Assembly: GCF_000196355.1 (NCBI RefSeq)
Contig: NC_007614.1
Location: 1,230,001-1,262,000 of the forward strand
From: Nitrosospira multiformis ATCC 25196
Lineage (GTDB): Bacteria; Pseudomonadota; Gammaproteobacteria; Burkholderiales; Nitrosomonadaceae
Length of the DNA stretch: 32,000 bases
Direction: 5' to 3'
The notes below the pieces were generated by a model. It saw only the letters and a list, made by a program, of their open reading frames with translations, searched no databases and was not told the DNA's origin. Position 1 is the stretch's first letter. The number at the start of each line of letters is the position of its first letter. Positions 1 through 10,424 of this stretch are shown here, piece after piece. The translations under genes and the position numbers were made by a program.

Positions 1-2148
1 AATTGCCTGCCTAGCTTCACGCGCTGCACGATCCAGGCGCTCGCTCCGGTCGCGTTGCCTGCCACCACGCCGTCTGCGGCGGCTGCCTTCCTCACTCGGC
101 TGTACGGCTTCTTCCGTGGCAGGGGGTAGCTCGGAAGAGGGTTTGAGTTCCGTCCGCGGCTTTTCTTCACGCTGCGACCGGGGATGTTTTTTTGCAGCAG
201 CTCTTTCACCCTGAGTTTTTGCCTCGCTGCGTTCCTGGCGCTGCGGCACAGCTTCGCGCGTCAAGTCCGGAGCACCGCTTGGGCTGATTTCGGCCCCTCG
301 CTCCGCGCGTGCATCGCGTGGACGTTGGACGGCGCGTGCTGCCTTTTCATTTTCGCCAATGCGTCCTTCCCGGCGGTCACGACGTCCCTGACCCCGTTCC
401 TCAGGATGTGCAGCAGCGACAGGCGGTTCGTGCCGAACGGTCTTTTCGCCGACCCCCCCCTGTTTAAACCAGCCGAATATTTTATCGAGCAGGGAAAGCG
501 GTTCCGGTTCATGCTGCGGTTTTTGCTCGCGTACCGGAGCAGGTTGTGCCGGTGTGATGCCTCGTACCGCTGCCTGCTGCCGCATAGGCTTGGGCTCCTG
601 TCCGCTGGAAGGCAGAGGGATATCTTGGGCGGGTTTTTCCACCATCTGGTAACTCGTCTGAACTTCACCAAGTTTTACGTCGTCATGACGCAGGCGGGTG
701 ATGCTGTAATTGGGCGTTTCGAGATGGATGTTGGGGATCAGAACGACACTTACTTTCAGGCGTGCTTCGATTGCATGAATTTCCGCCCGTTTTTCGTTCA
801 GCAGATAAGTCGCTACATCTACCGGCACCTGAGCATGCAGCACTGCCGTATTCTCCTTCATCGCTTCTTCCTGAATGATTCTGAGGATATGCAACGCCGA
901 GGAATCGGTACCCCGGATGTGACCGGTACCGTGGCAGCGCGGACAGGAAATATAGCTGCTTTCCCCCAGGGAAGGCCGCAGGCGCTGGCGCGATAATTCA
1001 AGCAAACCGAAGCGGGAAATCTTGCCCATTTGCACCCGTGCCCGATCGTAGCGCAACGCGTCGTGCAACCGGTTTTCCACCTCCCGCTGGTTGCGGGAGA
1101 CTTCCATGTCGATAAAGTCGATGACCACAAGTCCGCCGAGGTCGCGCAGGCGCAGTTGCCGCGCAATTTCATCTGCCGCCTCCAGATTGGTAGCCAGGGC
1201 CGTCTGCTCGATGTCGGAACCGCGGGTGGCACGGGCTGAATTTACGTCCACCGAAACCAGGGCTTCCGTATGGTCGATCACGATCGCGCCGCCCGAGGGG
1301 AGGGTAACCTGCCGCGAATATGCGGTTTCGATCTGGTGCTCGATTTGAAAGCGGGAAAACAGGGGCACGTCATCCCGATAGAGCTTGACCCGCGCTACGT
1401 TGCCGGGCATGACATGACCCATGAACTGGCATGCCTGCTCATAGATGCTTTCCGTATCAATCAGGATTTCACCGATTTCCTGATTGAAGTAATCCCGGAT
1501 TGCCCTGATGACGAGACTGCTTTCCTGGTAAATAAGGAAAGCACCGCTCTGGCCTTTGGAAGCATCTTCAATAGCACGCCACAACTGCAGCAGGTAGTTG
1601 AGGTCCCACTGCAACTCTTCTTCGGTGCGTCCTATCCCCGCCGTCCGCGCAATGATGCTCATGCCCTGAGGAATGTTCAAATGCGACATGACATCGCGCA
1701 GTTCGGCGCGATCTTCGCCTTCTATGCGGCGCGAGACACCTCCCCCGCGCGGATTATTGGGCATCAGCACCAGATAACGGCCCGCGAGCGAGATATAGGT
1801 GGTAAGTGCGGCTCCTTTTGTTCCCCGTTCGTCCTTGTCCACCTGGACGATGAGTTCCTGGCCTTCATGAAGCGCGTCCTGGACTCGGACCCGCCCAGGG
1901 TCCGGACTCTCTTTCAAATAGGAGCGGGAAATCTCCTTGAACGGCAGAAAACCATGCCGCTCCCCCCCGTACTCGACGAAGGCGGCTTCGAGGCTCGGTT
2001 CAAGACGGGTGATAACAGCTTTGTAGATATTGCTCTTGCGTTGTTCCTTGCCGGCAGATTCAATGTCGAGATCGATGAGCTTTTGACCATCGACAATAGC
2101 GACACGCAATTCCTCCGGCTGTGTCGCATTAAATAGCATGCGTTTCAT
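1..2148 (-). CDS. rne: Ribonuclease E (N-terminal catalytic half plus part of the Arg-rich C-terminal scaffold); 3' end is cut by the window edge
   Basis: It is absent from the ORF track because it has no in-window stop. Reverse translation from the ATG at 2148-2146 gives [36 protein letters not shown]. This matches the RNase E N-terminus (E. coli [31 protein letters not shown], from memory). The frame is open wherever I hand-translated it: 240->181 gives [20 protein letters not shown] and 60->1 gives [20 protein letters not shown]. It is divergent from rluC, as in E. coli. Confidence 0.9.
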   Translation of the reverse strand, partial: MKRMLFNATQPEELRVAIVDGQKLIDLDIESAGKEQRKSNIYKAVITRLEPSLEAAFVEYGGERHGFLPFKEISRSYLKESPDPGRVRVQDALHEGQELIVQVDKDERGTKGAALTTYISLAGRYLVLMPNNPRGGGVSRRIEGEDRAELRDVMSHLNIPQGMSIIARTAGIGRTEEELQWDLNYLLQLWRAIEDASKGQSGAFLIYQESSLVIRAIRDYFNQEIGEILIDTESIYEQACQFMGHVMPGNVARVKLYRDDVPLFSRFQIEHQIETAYSRQVTLPSGGAIVIDHTEALVSVDVNSARATRGSDIEQTALATNLEAADEIARQLRLRDLGGLVVIDFIDMEVSRNQREVENRLHDALRYDRARVQMGKISRFGLLELSRQRLRPSLGESSYISCPRCHGTGHIRGTDSSALHILRIIQEEAMKENTAVLHAQVPVDVATYLLNEKRAEIHAIEARLKVSVVLIPNIHLETPNYSITRLRHDDVKLGEVQTSYQMVEKPAQDIPLPSSGQEPKPMRQQAAVRGITPAQPAPVREQKPQHEPEPLSLLDKIFGWFKQGGVGEKTVRHEPPVAAAHPEERGQGRRDRREGRIGENEKAARAVQRPRDARAERGAEISPSGAPDLTREAVPQRQERSEAKTQGERAAAKKHPRSQREEKPRTELKPSSELPPATEEAVQPSEEGSRRRRRGGRQRDRSERLDRAAREARQAI

Positions 2149-2566
2149 TTTATGCCTCCCGCGCTCTAGTCACGGCAGACAGCCTACGCGCGCAGGAGAA
2201 CATGTCCTGCGCGGCGTATACGAGAGCTTTTAGTCAGACAACTTGATCATGGCGTCAGGGCTGCTTGTTAAAAATGGCCATTTCTCTGGCTTATTCTCTG
2301 GCTTGTCACTGTGGCCCTGCTTTATTTCGCAAGCAGAACCAGGAAATTAGTTTCAATCAGGCTTCGACTAGGGCTGCCCGTAACCAGGCGCTTCGAAACT
2401 GAAAACTGAAATCGACGTGTGCTTTGAGCGCGTAAATCCATTACTATCGCTACTTTATTGGTGAGCGACATTAACCATATCTTGAGGTCAGCTCTTTTCC
2501 CTCGGATAAAATCCCATCAACAGTACCACTTCGTGCACCGGATAAAGGATAGGCTGGAACCCTGAC
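2149..2566. promoter_or_regulatory. 418-bp divergent rne/rluC control region; probable long rne 5' leader
   Basis: There is no credible ORF here. The region contains the tandem 12-mer ttctctggctta/ttctctggcttg (2282-2305) and an aactgaa duplication near 2395-2412. RNase E genes are known to carry long autoregulatory 5' UTRs in E. coli. No transcription start can be seen from sequence alone. Confidence 0.4.
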
Positions 2567-3610
2567 TTGATAAGTATAAGTAGAGTTAAAGATTTACGCA
2601 AAGAATTTCCTCCAAGTCCTGCGGTGAGGGAAATCATAGGGGAGGAGAGCAAAGGGCAGCGTATTGATAATTTTTTAATCAAACGCTTGAAAAACGTGCC
2701 CAAAAGTCACGTCTACCGGTTGTTGCGCAGCGGGCAGGTGCGCATCAACAGCAAGCGCGCCCCCCCGGACTACCATCTCCAATCCGGAGATATTGTTCGC
2801 ATACCCCCGGTGAGAACGGTGGAAAAATCGGCGCTGCCCCCGAAGAAATTGAGCAAACCGGGTTTTATTGCATTCCAGGTTTTGTTCGAGGATGATGCAC
2901 TGATTGCTGTCAACAAGCCTCCGGGAGTTGCGGTGCATGGTGGAAGCGGCATAAGTTTCGGCGTGATAGAGCAATTGCGCGCTCAACATCCTGACTGGAG
3001 ATTTCTGGAGCTCGCACATCGCCTGGACAGGGAAACTTCTGGCGTGCTGCTCCTTGCCAAGAACCGGGCGGCACTTGTAGAGTTGCATCGGCAACTCCGC
3101 ATGGGAGAGGTGGAAAAACACTACCTGACCCTGGTCAAGGGCAGGTGGCGTAATGGGCGGCAGAGTGTCAGGCTGTCGCTCAGGAAATATCTGACACCCG
3201 GCGGCGAACGGAGGGTAGCGGTGGAAAAGGATGCAGATGAAAAAAAAGGTGGAATGAGCGCTCATACCGTTTTCATCCTGCGGGAATCATGGCAGAGCTT
3301 CAGCCTGCTGGAGGCTGAACTGAAAACCGGGCGTACGCATCAGATTCGTGTGCACCTTGCCTATCTCGGTTTCCCTATAGCGGGAGACGACAAATATGGC
3401 GATTTTGTCTTGAATAAGGATATTGCCCGGCGTGTTCCTGGTTTGGGACGGATGTTTCTCCATGCTTGGGCGGTCGAATTCACGCATCCCGTCACGCATG
3501 AGAAACTTCGTCTTGAAGCGCCCCTGCCGGACGATCTGCAAAAATTTCTGGATGTGATGAATAACCCCGATAAACCACCGAAGCTTCCGGCGGAAAGGAC
3601 ATTCTCCTGA
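2567..3610 (+). CDS. rluC: 23S rRNA pseudouridine synthase, RluC type (RluA family with N-terminal S4 domain)
   Basis: The 347-aa ORF has an S4-like segment (GQRIDNFLIKRLKNVPKSHVYRLLRSGQVRIN). It also has the catalytic HRLDRETSGVLLLAK motif and GRTHQIRVH. It lies divergent from rne, which is the classical arrangement. The TTG start at 2567 is uncertain; a GTG at 2624 is an alternative. Confidence 0.9.
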   Translation: MISISRVKDLRKEFPPSPAVREIIGEESKGQRIDNFLIKRLKNVPKSHVYRLLRSGQVRINSKRAPPDYHLQSGDIVRIPPVRTVEKSALPPKKLSKPGFIAFQVLFEDDALIAVNKPPGVAVHGGSGISFGVIEQLRAQHPDWRFLELAHRLDRETSGVLLLAKNRAALVELHRQLRMGEVEKHYLTLVKGRWRNGRQSVRLSLRKYLTPGGERRVAVEKDADEKKGGMSAHTVFILRESWQSFSLLEAELKTGRTHQIRVHLAYLGFPIAGDDKYGDFVLNKDIARRVPGLGRMFLHAWAVEFTHPVTHEKLRLEAPLPDDLQKFLDVMNNPDKPPKLPAERTFS

Positions 3611-3763
3611 CTTTCCCTAACGGCAGTTCAAGTATCTTATTCAATAGAGATCGCTACAGGGTATGTAGCCGGAGGCGGAAACAACGAGCAGTTTTGGCAG
3701 TTTCATATTTTGGCCTGTCGCTGCGGCAGGGCGCTTTATTTGACTTGAAGGATCAAAATAATC

Positions 3764-4714
3764 ATGTCTGATTCACAGAATCGAAACGAAGGTTGGGACA
3801 GGCAGGTGCTGGAAAAGCTGGTGTTCTCCACCTTGCAGGAACAGCGCCGCACGCGGCAGTGGGGGGTGTTTTTCAAGTCCCTTACTTTTATCTGGCTGTT
3901 TATCCTCCTGTTTTTCGGTCTTGGCTGGTTTGGAGACAGCAGTATGTCCATTTCCGGCAAGCATACCGCTCTCGTCGATTTGCGCGGTGTAATCTCTCCC
4001 GATAGCATCAGCAGCGCGGAAAACATCACTGCCGGCCTGCAGCAGGCATTCAAGGACGCAAAAACGCAGGGGGTGATCCTGCGCATCAACAGTCCCGGGG
4101 GGAGTCCCGTTCAGGCAGGATACATCAACGATGAGATACGCCGCCTGCGTGCAGAATATCCTGAAATACCCCTCTACGCTGTCGTGGAAGATATCTGCGC
4201 TTCGGGCGGCTATTATGTAGCGGTTGCCGCCGACAAGATATATGTGGACAAGGCAAGTATCATTGGTTCCATCGGCGTCCTGATAAACGGGTTCGGTTTT
4301 ACAAAAGCAATGGAAAAACTTGGCATCGAAAGGCGCTTGATCACGGCAGGAGAAAACAAGGCTTTTCTCGATCCATTTTCTCCCAACAATCGCGAGCAGG
4401 AGGAATATGCCAAGAAAATGCTGGGTGATATCCATGAGCAATTCATTCAGGTAGTTCAGCAAGGCCGGGGCGAACGCCTGAAGGAAAAGCCGGAAATATT
4501 CAGCGGCAAGGTGTGGACAGGTCAAAAAAGTGTCGAACTGGGACTTGCTGACGGAATGGGCAGCGCGGAATACGTGGCGCGGGAAATTATCAAGGCGGAA
4601 CACATCGTCGACTATACGACCCGGGAGGGAGTTGCCGAGCGCCTCGCCAAACGCTTTGGAGGAGTCCTGGCGGAAACGCTGAGTGGTTTGGGAATGAGTG
4701 CGGAACTCCACTAA
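3764..4714 (+). CDS. sppA: S49-family signal peptide peptidase (SppA 36K type / SohB-like)
   Basis: The 316-aa ORF has an N-terminal TM segment (FFKSLTFIWLFILLFFGLGWF). S49 motifs are present: RINSPGGSPVQAG and the catalytic-Ser region CASGGYYVAVAADKIY. Confidence 0.88.
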   Translation: MSDSQNRNEGWDRQVLEKLVFSTLQEQRRTRQWGVFFKSLTFIWLFILLFFGLGWFGDSSMSISGKHTALVDLRGVISPDSISSAENITAGLQQAFKDAKTQGVILRINSPGGSPVQAGYINDEIRRLRAEYPEIPLYAVVEDICASGGYYVAVAADKIYVDKASIIGSIGVLINGFGFTKAMEKLGIERRLITAGENKAFLDPFSPNNREQEEYAKKMLGDIHEQFIQVVQQGRGERLKEKPEIFSGKVWTGQKSVELGLADGMGSAEYVAREIIKAEHIVDYTTREGVAERLAKRFGGVLAETLSGLGMSAELH

Positions 4715-4891
4715 CCCGGATATTTCGCCGGAGCACCCTCGGGGCGACCGTGGCGGGTGGAGCAGTAGCTTCCGAAGGAAGATTCGATCCCGAAACGGGA
4801 AACTGCAAGGCGACCCCGCGGGGAAAAGTATCTCTGTGACGATACGCTTCCCCCAAGCGTACACGCTGACATAGGGCGTGGTCGCGGCGCC

Positions 4892-4914
4892 CTGCCCAAT
4901 CCCGTTTGCGGGCC
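4892..4914 (+). repeat. Solo copy of a GC-rich hairpin repeat (ctgcccaatcccgtttgcgggcc)
   Basis: It matches the core of the tandem repeat at 21412-21435 (ctgcccgatcccgctttgcgggcc) with one substitution and one 1-nt indel. It contains a cccg-tttg-cggg stem-loop. It sits directly 3' of the - strand methyltransferase stop. Confidence 0.75.
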
Positions 4915-4919
4915 TGGGC

Positions 4920-5642
4920 CTATGCTCTCGGGGCGCCTCCATGCAACAAAAAGACAGCCGGTTTGTTGCTGATGTCGGGCGAAACGCGCTTCCATTCCTT
5001 GATGGTCCTGGTGGCGATGAATTCGTCTGCGACGGTGAGGTTGCATGCGATACAGAGAGCCGTTCCTTCGCGGCAGGTGGCATTAATCACCTCCAGCAGC
5101 CTTTGATTGCGATAAGGCGTTTCGATGAATATCTGGGTTTGATCGCCGGTAATGGAATTCTTTTCCAGTTCAATGATTTTTTTTATACGCTTGCTATTTT
5201 CAACCGGCAGATAGCCATGAAACGCAAAGCGCTGACCATTCAATCCGGAGGACATCAGCGCGAGAAGAATGGAGGAGGGACCGACGAGAGGAACTACCCG
5301 GATGTTCTTCTGGTGGGCCACGCGCACCAGCCCAGTTCCCGGATCGGCTATTGCGGGGCAGCCAGCCTCCGATAACAATCCTGTATCTATTCCCGCGAGC
5401 AGTGGCGCAAGCAGATTCTCAAACTCCCTGGCTTGAGTGTGTTCGTCCAACACCTGCATGGTAATCTGCTGCAAGGGGAGAGCACAGCCCACCTGTTTCA
5501 GGAATTGCCTGGCTGTTTTTGGATGCTCGACAATATAACGATCAAGTCGGGCAATACATTCACGGACCGCGGGAGGCACTGTCCAGCCAATATCGCTGTT
5601 GCCCAGTGGGGCAGGGATGAGATAGAGCGTTCCTGTACTCAA
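4920..5642 (-). CDS. SAM-dependent methyltransferase, tetrapyrrole-methylase (RsmI-like) superfamily
   Basis: The 240-aa ORF begins [12 protein letters not shown]. It contains [11 protein letters not shown] and [13 protein letters not shown], which are typical of the TP-methylase fold. Its start overlaps the yceF stop by 4 nt, suggesting an operon. Confidence 0.8.
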   Translation of the reverse strand: MSTGTLYLIPAPLGNSDIGWTVPPAVRECIARLDRYIVEHPKTARQFLKQVGCALPLQQITMQVLDEHTQAREFENLLAPLLAGIDTGLLSEAGCPAIADPGTGLVRVAHQKNIRVVPLVGPSSILLALMSSGLNGQRFAFHGYLPVENSKRIKKIIELEKNSITGDQTQIFIETPYRNQRLLEVINATCREGTALCIACNLTVADEFIATRTIKEWKRVSPDISNKPAVFLLHGGAPRA

Positions 5643-6235
5643 ACTATCTCGACACCTTCAAGCGTCAGCATTTCAACAAGCGCAATCAGCGGTAAACCGA
5701 TCAATGCGGTGGGATCCTCTCCTTCCATATGCTCTATGAGGGCGATCCCGAGCCCCTCGAGCTTCGAACTGGCCGCACAATGATAGGGTTGTTCCTTATC
5801 GAGATAATTTTCTATCTGACGGTCGCTTAATAGACGGAATTTGACGCGCGAGGGCACGAGGCGTGCCCGCGTCGTGTCTTGAGCACTATTGAAAAGGCAG
5901 AGTGCAGTATAAAACGAAACTTCTTTTCCCCGGATAAGCTGCAACTGCCGGGTGGCGTTGAGATGGTTCAGGGGTTTTCCAAGCTGGATACCCTCGAAAA
6001 CCGCCACCTGGTCGGCACCAATAATTAAAGCGCCAGGATGAGTTGCTGCAACTGCACGGGTTTTTGCAGCAGCCAGGCGAACGGCAGTAGCGTCCGGAGT
6101 TTCACCGGGCAAAGGCGTTTCATCGATATCCGGATTACTTACGTCGAAGGGGATCTGTAGGCGCTGGAGAAGATCCCGGCGATAAATGGAACTGGATCCT
6201 AATATAAGCTGTTGCGCAATCTGCTGTGTTTTCAA
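5639..6235 (-). CDS. yceF: Maf-family nucleoside triphosphate pyrophosphatase, YceF subfamily
   Basis: The 198-aa ORF contains [32 protein letters not shown] and [11 protein letters not shown]. These align with E. coli YceF as I recall it. It lies divergent from yceD-rpmF-plsX, as in E. coli. Confidence 0.88.
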   Translation of the reverse strand: MKTQQIAQQLILGSSSIYRRDLLQRLQIPFDVSNPDIDETPLPGETPDATAVRLAAAKTRAVAATHPGALIIGADQVAVFEGIQLGKPLNHLNATRQLQLIRGKEVSFYTALCLFNSAQDTTRARLVPSRVKFRLLSDRQIENYLDKEQPYHCAASSKLEGLGIALIEHMEGEDPTALIGLPLIALVEMLTLEGVEIV

Positions 6236-6488
6236 TGTTTATTATTTTGGAGGGGAGGGAGCTTTTTTGACACTCAAGGGCAAAAAATATATCATGCGCG
6301 CCGTATAACGCTGCAAATTCACCGGGATTGTAATACCAAGTACGCGCCGACATCAATTGAGTACCAGGCGGGCTTGCGGATATAAAGCATATAAAGTCAT
6401 GGCTTATGTCAGGCAACCCTATCATCCCGGGTATTTCCAGAAAGGCAGCGAGATTTTGAAGCCGGCAGGAGACAAGAGCGTAACGTTT

Positions 6489-6989
6489 ATGGCTGTCCCG
6501 CTTGTCATAGATTCCCTGGATTTCGCATGTAACGCGGAAGTGCGCCGTGGTAAGATCGCGATTGCCAGATTTCAGCGCCTGCAGGATTATCTGGTTAACG
6601 ACTCCGGTGAACTTGGATACACAGTTACTGGAGCGGTGGATGCAAACGGAAGACCGGTTTTACGCGTAGACATTCAAAGCGTCGTAAGCCTCCGATGCCA
6701 GCGTTGTCTGGAGGAGCTTGAGCATGTGCTCGACATCCATACAGAGTTGCTACTGGCGCAAAATGAGCAAGAGCTCAAGAGCCTTGATGAGGACGAATTT
6801 GTGGACTGTATTCTGGCTCAGCCCGAAATGGACGTTCTATTGCTTATCGAGGATGAAATCATTCTGGCTCTGCCCGTATCCCCGCGCCATGAACAGGACG
6901 GATGTATGCCTGGCGGACGGGAGGATGGGAAAGCAATAAGGGAAGCATCTCCCTTTGCCGCTCTGGCGGCATTGAAAAAAACACATTGA
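6489..6989 (+). CDS. yceD: DUF177 / YceD, large ribosomal subunit accumulation protein
   Basis: It is located immediately upstream of rpmF. CxxC (CQRCLEEL) and acidic-rich segments are typical of YceD. The track start at 6357 adds 44 non-conserved residues, so I use the internal ATG at 6489 (MAVPLVIDS...), giving 166 aa. Confidence 0.8.
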   Translation: MAVPLVIDSLDFACNAEVRRGKIAIARFQRLQDYLVNDSGELGYTVTGAVDANGRPVLRVDIQSVVSLRCQRCLEELEHVLDIHTELLLAQNEQELKSLDEDEFVDCILAQPEMDVLLLIEDEIILALPVSPRHEQDGCMPGGREDGKAIREASPFAALAALKKTH

Positions 6990-7010
6990 ATTTATTGAGG
7001 AGTCGAATTT

Positions 7011-7190
7011 ATGGCAGTGCAACAAAACAAGAAGTCCCCCTCCAAACGGGGCATGCACCGATCGCATGACTTCCTGAGGACGACGCCCTTGTCGGTTGAT
7101 CCCGGCACGGGTGAGGTGCATTTGCGCCATCACATCAGCCCTAACGGCTATTATCGCGGCAAAAAGGTCATCAAAACAAAAGAAGATTGA
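7011..7190 (+). CDS. rpmF: 50S ribosomal protein L32
   Basis: It falls below the ORF-track size cut-off. My hand translation is [59 protein letters not shown]. There is a GAGGAG RBS about 7 nt upstream. The yceD-rpmF-plsX position is canonical. Confidence 0.95.
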   Translation: MAVQQNKKSPSKRGMHRSHDFLRTTPLSVDPGTGEVHLRHHISPNGYYRGKKVIKTKED

Positions 7191-7244
7191 ATTTCGCCTG
7201 TTGATTTTTCGGTCCGAAGTTTATTCCGGCCTTAAGGGCAGAAA

Positions 7245-8306
7245 TTGACTATAACCGTAGCTGTAGACTGCATGGGCGGCGATCACGGCCCTCATGTGAC
7301 GGTTCCTGCAACCGTCAGCTATCTCCAAAGTAACCCCGCAATCGACGTGGTTCTGGTAGGGTTGCCCGATGTTATTGAATCCGAATTGCGCGCCTTGGGG
7401 TATACGCAGAGCCCTCGGCTCAGGATTCATGCTGCAAGCGAGGTTGTCGGCATGGACGAGTCTCCGGCCACGGCATTACGGGGTAAAAAAAATTCTTCGA
7501 TGCGCGTTGCGCTCAACCTGGTCAAGAGCGGCGAAGCCCAGGCCTGCGTCAGCGCCGGTAACACCGGAGCGTTGTTAGCGACTTCCCGATTTGTGCTGAA
7601 GACGCTTCCTGGCATCGACCGGCCAGCGCTTGCTGTAGTATTGCCTACCATGAGAGGGCATACCTATGTGCTTGATCTCGGTGCAAACGTGGATTGCACT
7701 GCGGAGCACCTGCTTCAATTCGGTGTGATGGGCGCCACCTTGGTATCGAGCATCGAGAACAAGGAAAAACCGAGTATCGGTTTGTTGAATATCGGCGAGG
7801 AAGAGATCAAAGGAAATGATGTGGTGAAGCGCGCGGCTGAGCTGCTACGTGACAGTGGGCTTAATTTCTACGGAAATATCGAGGGAAACGATATCTATAA
7901 AGGAACGACCGATGTGGTTGTGTGCGACGGCTTCGTCGGCAATGTTGCGCTGAAAACCTCGGAGGGCGTGGCTCAAATGCTTTCCCATTACCTGCGCGAA
8001 GAATTCAGGCGAAACCTTCTCACCAAACTTGCGGGACTTATCGCCTTGCCTGTGATCAGTGCCTTCAAGCGCCGTGTCGATCATCGGCGCTATAACGGGG
8101 CCAGTTTGCTGGGACTCCGGGGCATCGTCATCAAGAGCCATGGTTCGGCTGACAGGCGCGCCTTCGGCTTTGCAATTGCGCGCGCCGTGGATGAAGTACG
8201 GGGCGGCATGTTGCGCCATATAAGCGAGCGGGTGGCGCAATTATCGCATCAATCCATGCAATCCTCCTCATACCGCCGGTCGCTCCCGGAAGAGAGCCCG
8301 GTATGA
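7245..8306 (+). CDS. plsX: Phosphate acyltransferase PlsX
   Basis: The 353-aa ORF has a TTG start. It contains [19 protein letters not shown] and KSHGSAD motifs. It is followed by fabH with an ATGA overlap. Confidence 0.95.
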
Positions 8307-9262
8307 AGTACGCCAGAGTCATTGGAACAGGCAGTTATTTGCCCGAGAAAATTCTCACCAATCATGATCTGGAGCGCATGGTCGACACGAGCGACGAGTG
8401 GATCCGGACCCGTACCGGCATTGCACAACGGCACATCGCCGCCGACTCGGAAATGGCGAGCGATCTCGCCTTGAACGCGAGCCGTGAAGCAATAAAGGCA
8501 GGTGGGATCGACGCGCGGGAGATCGAGCTGGTAATTGTCGCCACCACTACGCCCGACATGATATTTCCCAGCACGGCGTGCATCCTGCAGGACAAGCTCG
8601 GTATCGGGGATTGCGCCGCATTTGATGTACAGGCGGTATGCAGCGGTTTTATCTACGCGCTTGCCACTGCAGATATGTTCATTCGAGCCGGGAAATGCCA
8701 GACGGCGCTGGTTGTTGGGGCAGAAGTCTATTCACGTATATTGGACTGGAGCGACCGCAGCACTTGCGTATTGTTCGGTGACGGCGCCGGCGCTGTGCTG
8801 CTGACGGGCGATGAACGGCCCGGAGTCCTTTCAACGCATTTGCATGCGGACGGGAGCCAGAGCAAGATTCTTTCCGCGCCGGCTAACATCTGTGGCGGCA
8901 AAGTACAAGGCAAACCCTTTGTCGTGATGGAGGGTAATACGGTTTTCAAGTTTGCAGTAAAGGTTCTTGAAGAAGTCGTACACGAGGCTTTGACTGAAAA
9001 CAATCTGGAGTCGTCGGATATCGATTGGCTGATCCCGCACCAGGCCAATATCCGTATTATTGCTTCGACCGCAAAAAAACTCGGCATTCCCATGGATAAG
9101 GTCGTTGCCACCGTGGATAAGCACGGCAACACTTCCGCCGCCTCGATTCCGCTTGCCCTCGACATCGCTGCCCGCGACGGACGCATCAAATCCGGCCAGC
9201 ATGTGCTTCTGGAAGGCGTGGGGGGAGGTTTTACCTGGGGAGCGGCATTGATCCGCTGGTAA
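8303..9262 (+). CDS. fabH: 3-oxoacyl-ACP synthase III
   Basis: The 319-aa ORF has the active-site Cys context ([15 protein letters not shown]). It also has the HQAN and GNTSAASIP motifs. Confidence 0.96.
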
Positions 9263-9410
9263 GCCAGTTCCTGCTGCTTGCCTCCTACATTTTAATTATT
9301 CTTGTTTCAGTTCCCTTTTCAGCCGGATTTTAACAACTTTTTTTCTTCGGCTCGAAGGTTTTTCGCTACCTGCCGCAGATGGAACTGTCGAAGGATTGGT
9401 ACTGATACTG

Positions 9411-10361
9411 ATGAGCGCACAGGTTAAATTTGCATGTGTTTTCCCGGGACAGGGGTCTCAGTCCATAGGGATGATGGCCGGATATGATAGCTTTCCGGTG
9501 GTACGGCAGACTTTTGCTGAAGCATCCGATGTGCTGAAGCTGGATTTGTGGGGGATGGTGTGTGACGGTCCGGCCGAAACCCTCAACCTGACCGTTAATA
9601 CTCAGCCGCTGATGCTGACTGCCGGAGTAGCGATTTACCGGGCGTGGCAGACCTTGGGTGGAGTGAGGCCCTCTTTCGTGGCCGGCCATAGTCTCGGGGA
9701 ATATACGGCGCTGGTAGCTTCTGAGGCATTGTCTTTTGCTGATGCCTTGCCATTGGTACGCTTTCGTGCGGAGATAATGCAGCAGGCTGTACCTGAAGGA
9801 GTGGGTGCGATGGCGGCGATTCTCGGACTCGATGATGACGTTGTACGGTCGATCTGTCAGGAGGTTACAGAAGCATCGAATGGGGAGTCGCTGGAACCTG
9901 CAAACTTCAACTCACCCGGCCAAGTCGTGGTTGCGGGGCACAAAAACGCGGTGGTTCGCGGCATGGAAGCGGCAAGGTCTAAAGGCGCAAAGCGGACCGT
10001 CATATTGCCCATGAGCATTCCTTCGCACTGCTCCCTGATGAAACCCGCAGCGGAAAAAATGCGCCAACAACTGGCACAAGTAACACTTCGTTCACCCAAA
10101 ATCCCGCTATTGCACAATGCGGATGTGGAACAGCACGAGGATATTGAGAGCATCAAGGAAATTCTGGTCCGGCAGTTGTTTAATCCTGTCCGCTGGACGG
10201 AAATCATTCGTTTTATTTCCGGAGCCGGAATCCATCATGTGGTGGAATGCGGCCCCGGCAAAGTCCTGTCAGGACTCAACAAACGTATAGATGCGAATTT
10301 GCAGAGCCTGGCATTGACTGACGAGGCGGCGCTGGGTCATGCAGCGGCTTTGGCAGGATAA
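9411..10361 (+). CDS. fabD: Malonyl-CoA:ACP transacylase
   Basis: It contains FPGQGSQ and GHSLGEY motifs. I prefer the ATG at 9411 (MSAQVKFACVFPGQGSQ) over the track's TTG at 9396. Confidence 0.95.
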   Translation: MSAQVKFACVFPGQGSQSIGMMAGYDSFPVVRQTFAEASDVLKLDLWGMVCDGPAETLNLTVNTQPLMLTAGVAIYRAWQTLGGVRPSFVAGHSLGEYTALVASEALSFADALPLVRFRAEIMQQAVPEGVGAMAAILGLDDDVVRSICQEVTEASNGESLEPANFNSPGQVVVAGHKNAVVRGMEAARSKGAKRTVILPMSIPSHCSLMKPAAEKMRQQLAQVTLRSPKIPLLHNADVEQHEDIESIKEILVRQLFNPVRWTEIIRFISGAGIHHVVECGPGKVLSGLNKRIDANLQSLALTDEAALGHAAALAG

Positions 10362-10424
10362 AGGTCAGGCGGGCATATCCAGCAGGGCCGCATTGCTCAT
10401 CATTGAACGACGTACTGGAAGATC

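Noticed and set aside
184-2136. + strand ORFs 184..996 (270 aa) and 1270..2136 (288 aa)
   Set aside because: Both are antisense to the rne reading frame, whose N-terminus is unmistakable on the - strand. The + strand products have no recognisable features.
3773-5083. 436-aa ORF on the - strand, covering all of sppA and the following spacer
   Set aside because: It overlaps the motif-supported S49 peptidase gene and the 3' end of the methyltransferase gene in another frame. The translated sequence is not protein-like, being Pro/Arg/Ser-rich with no domains.
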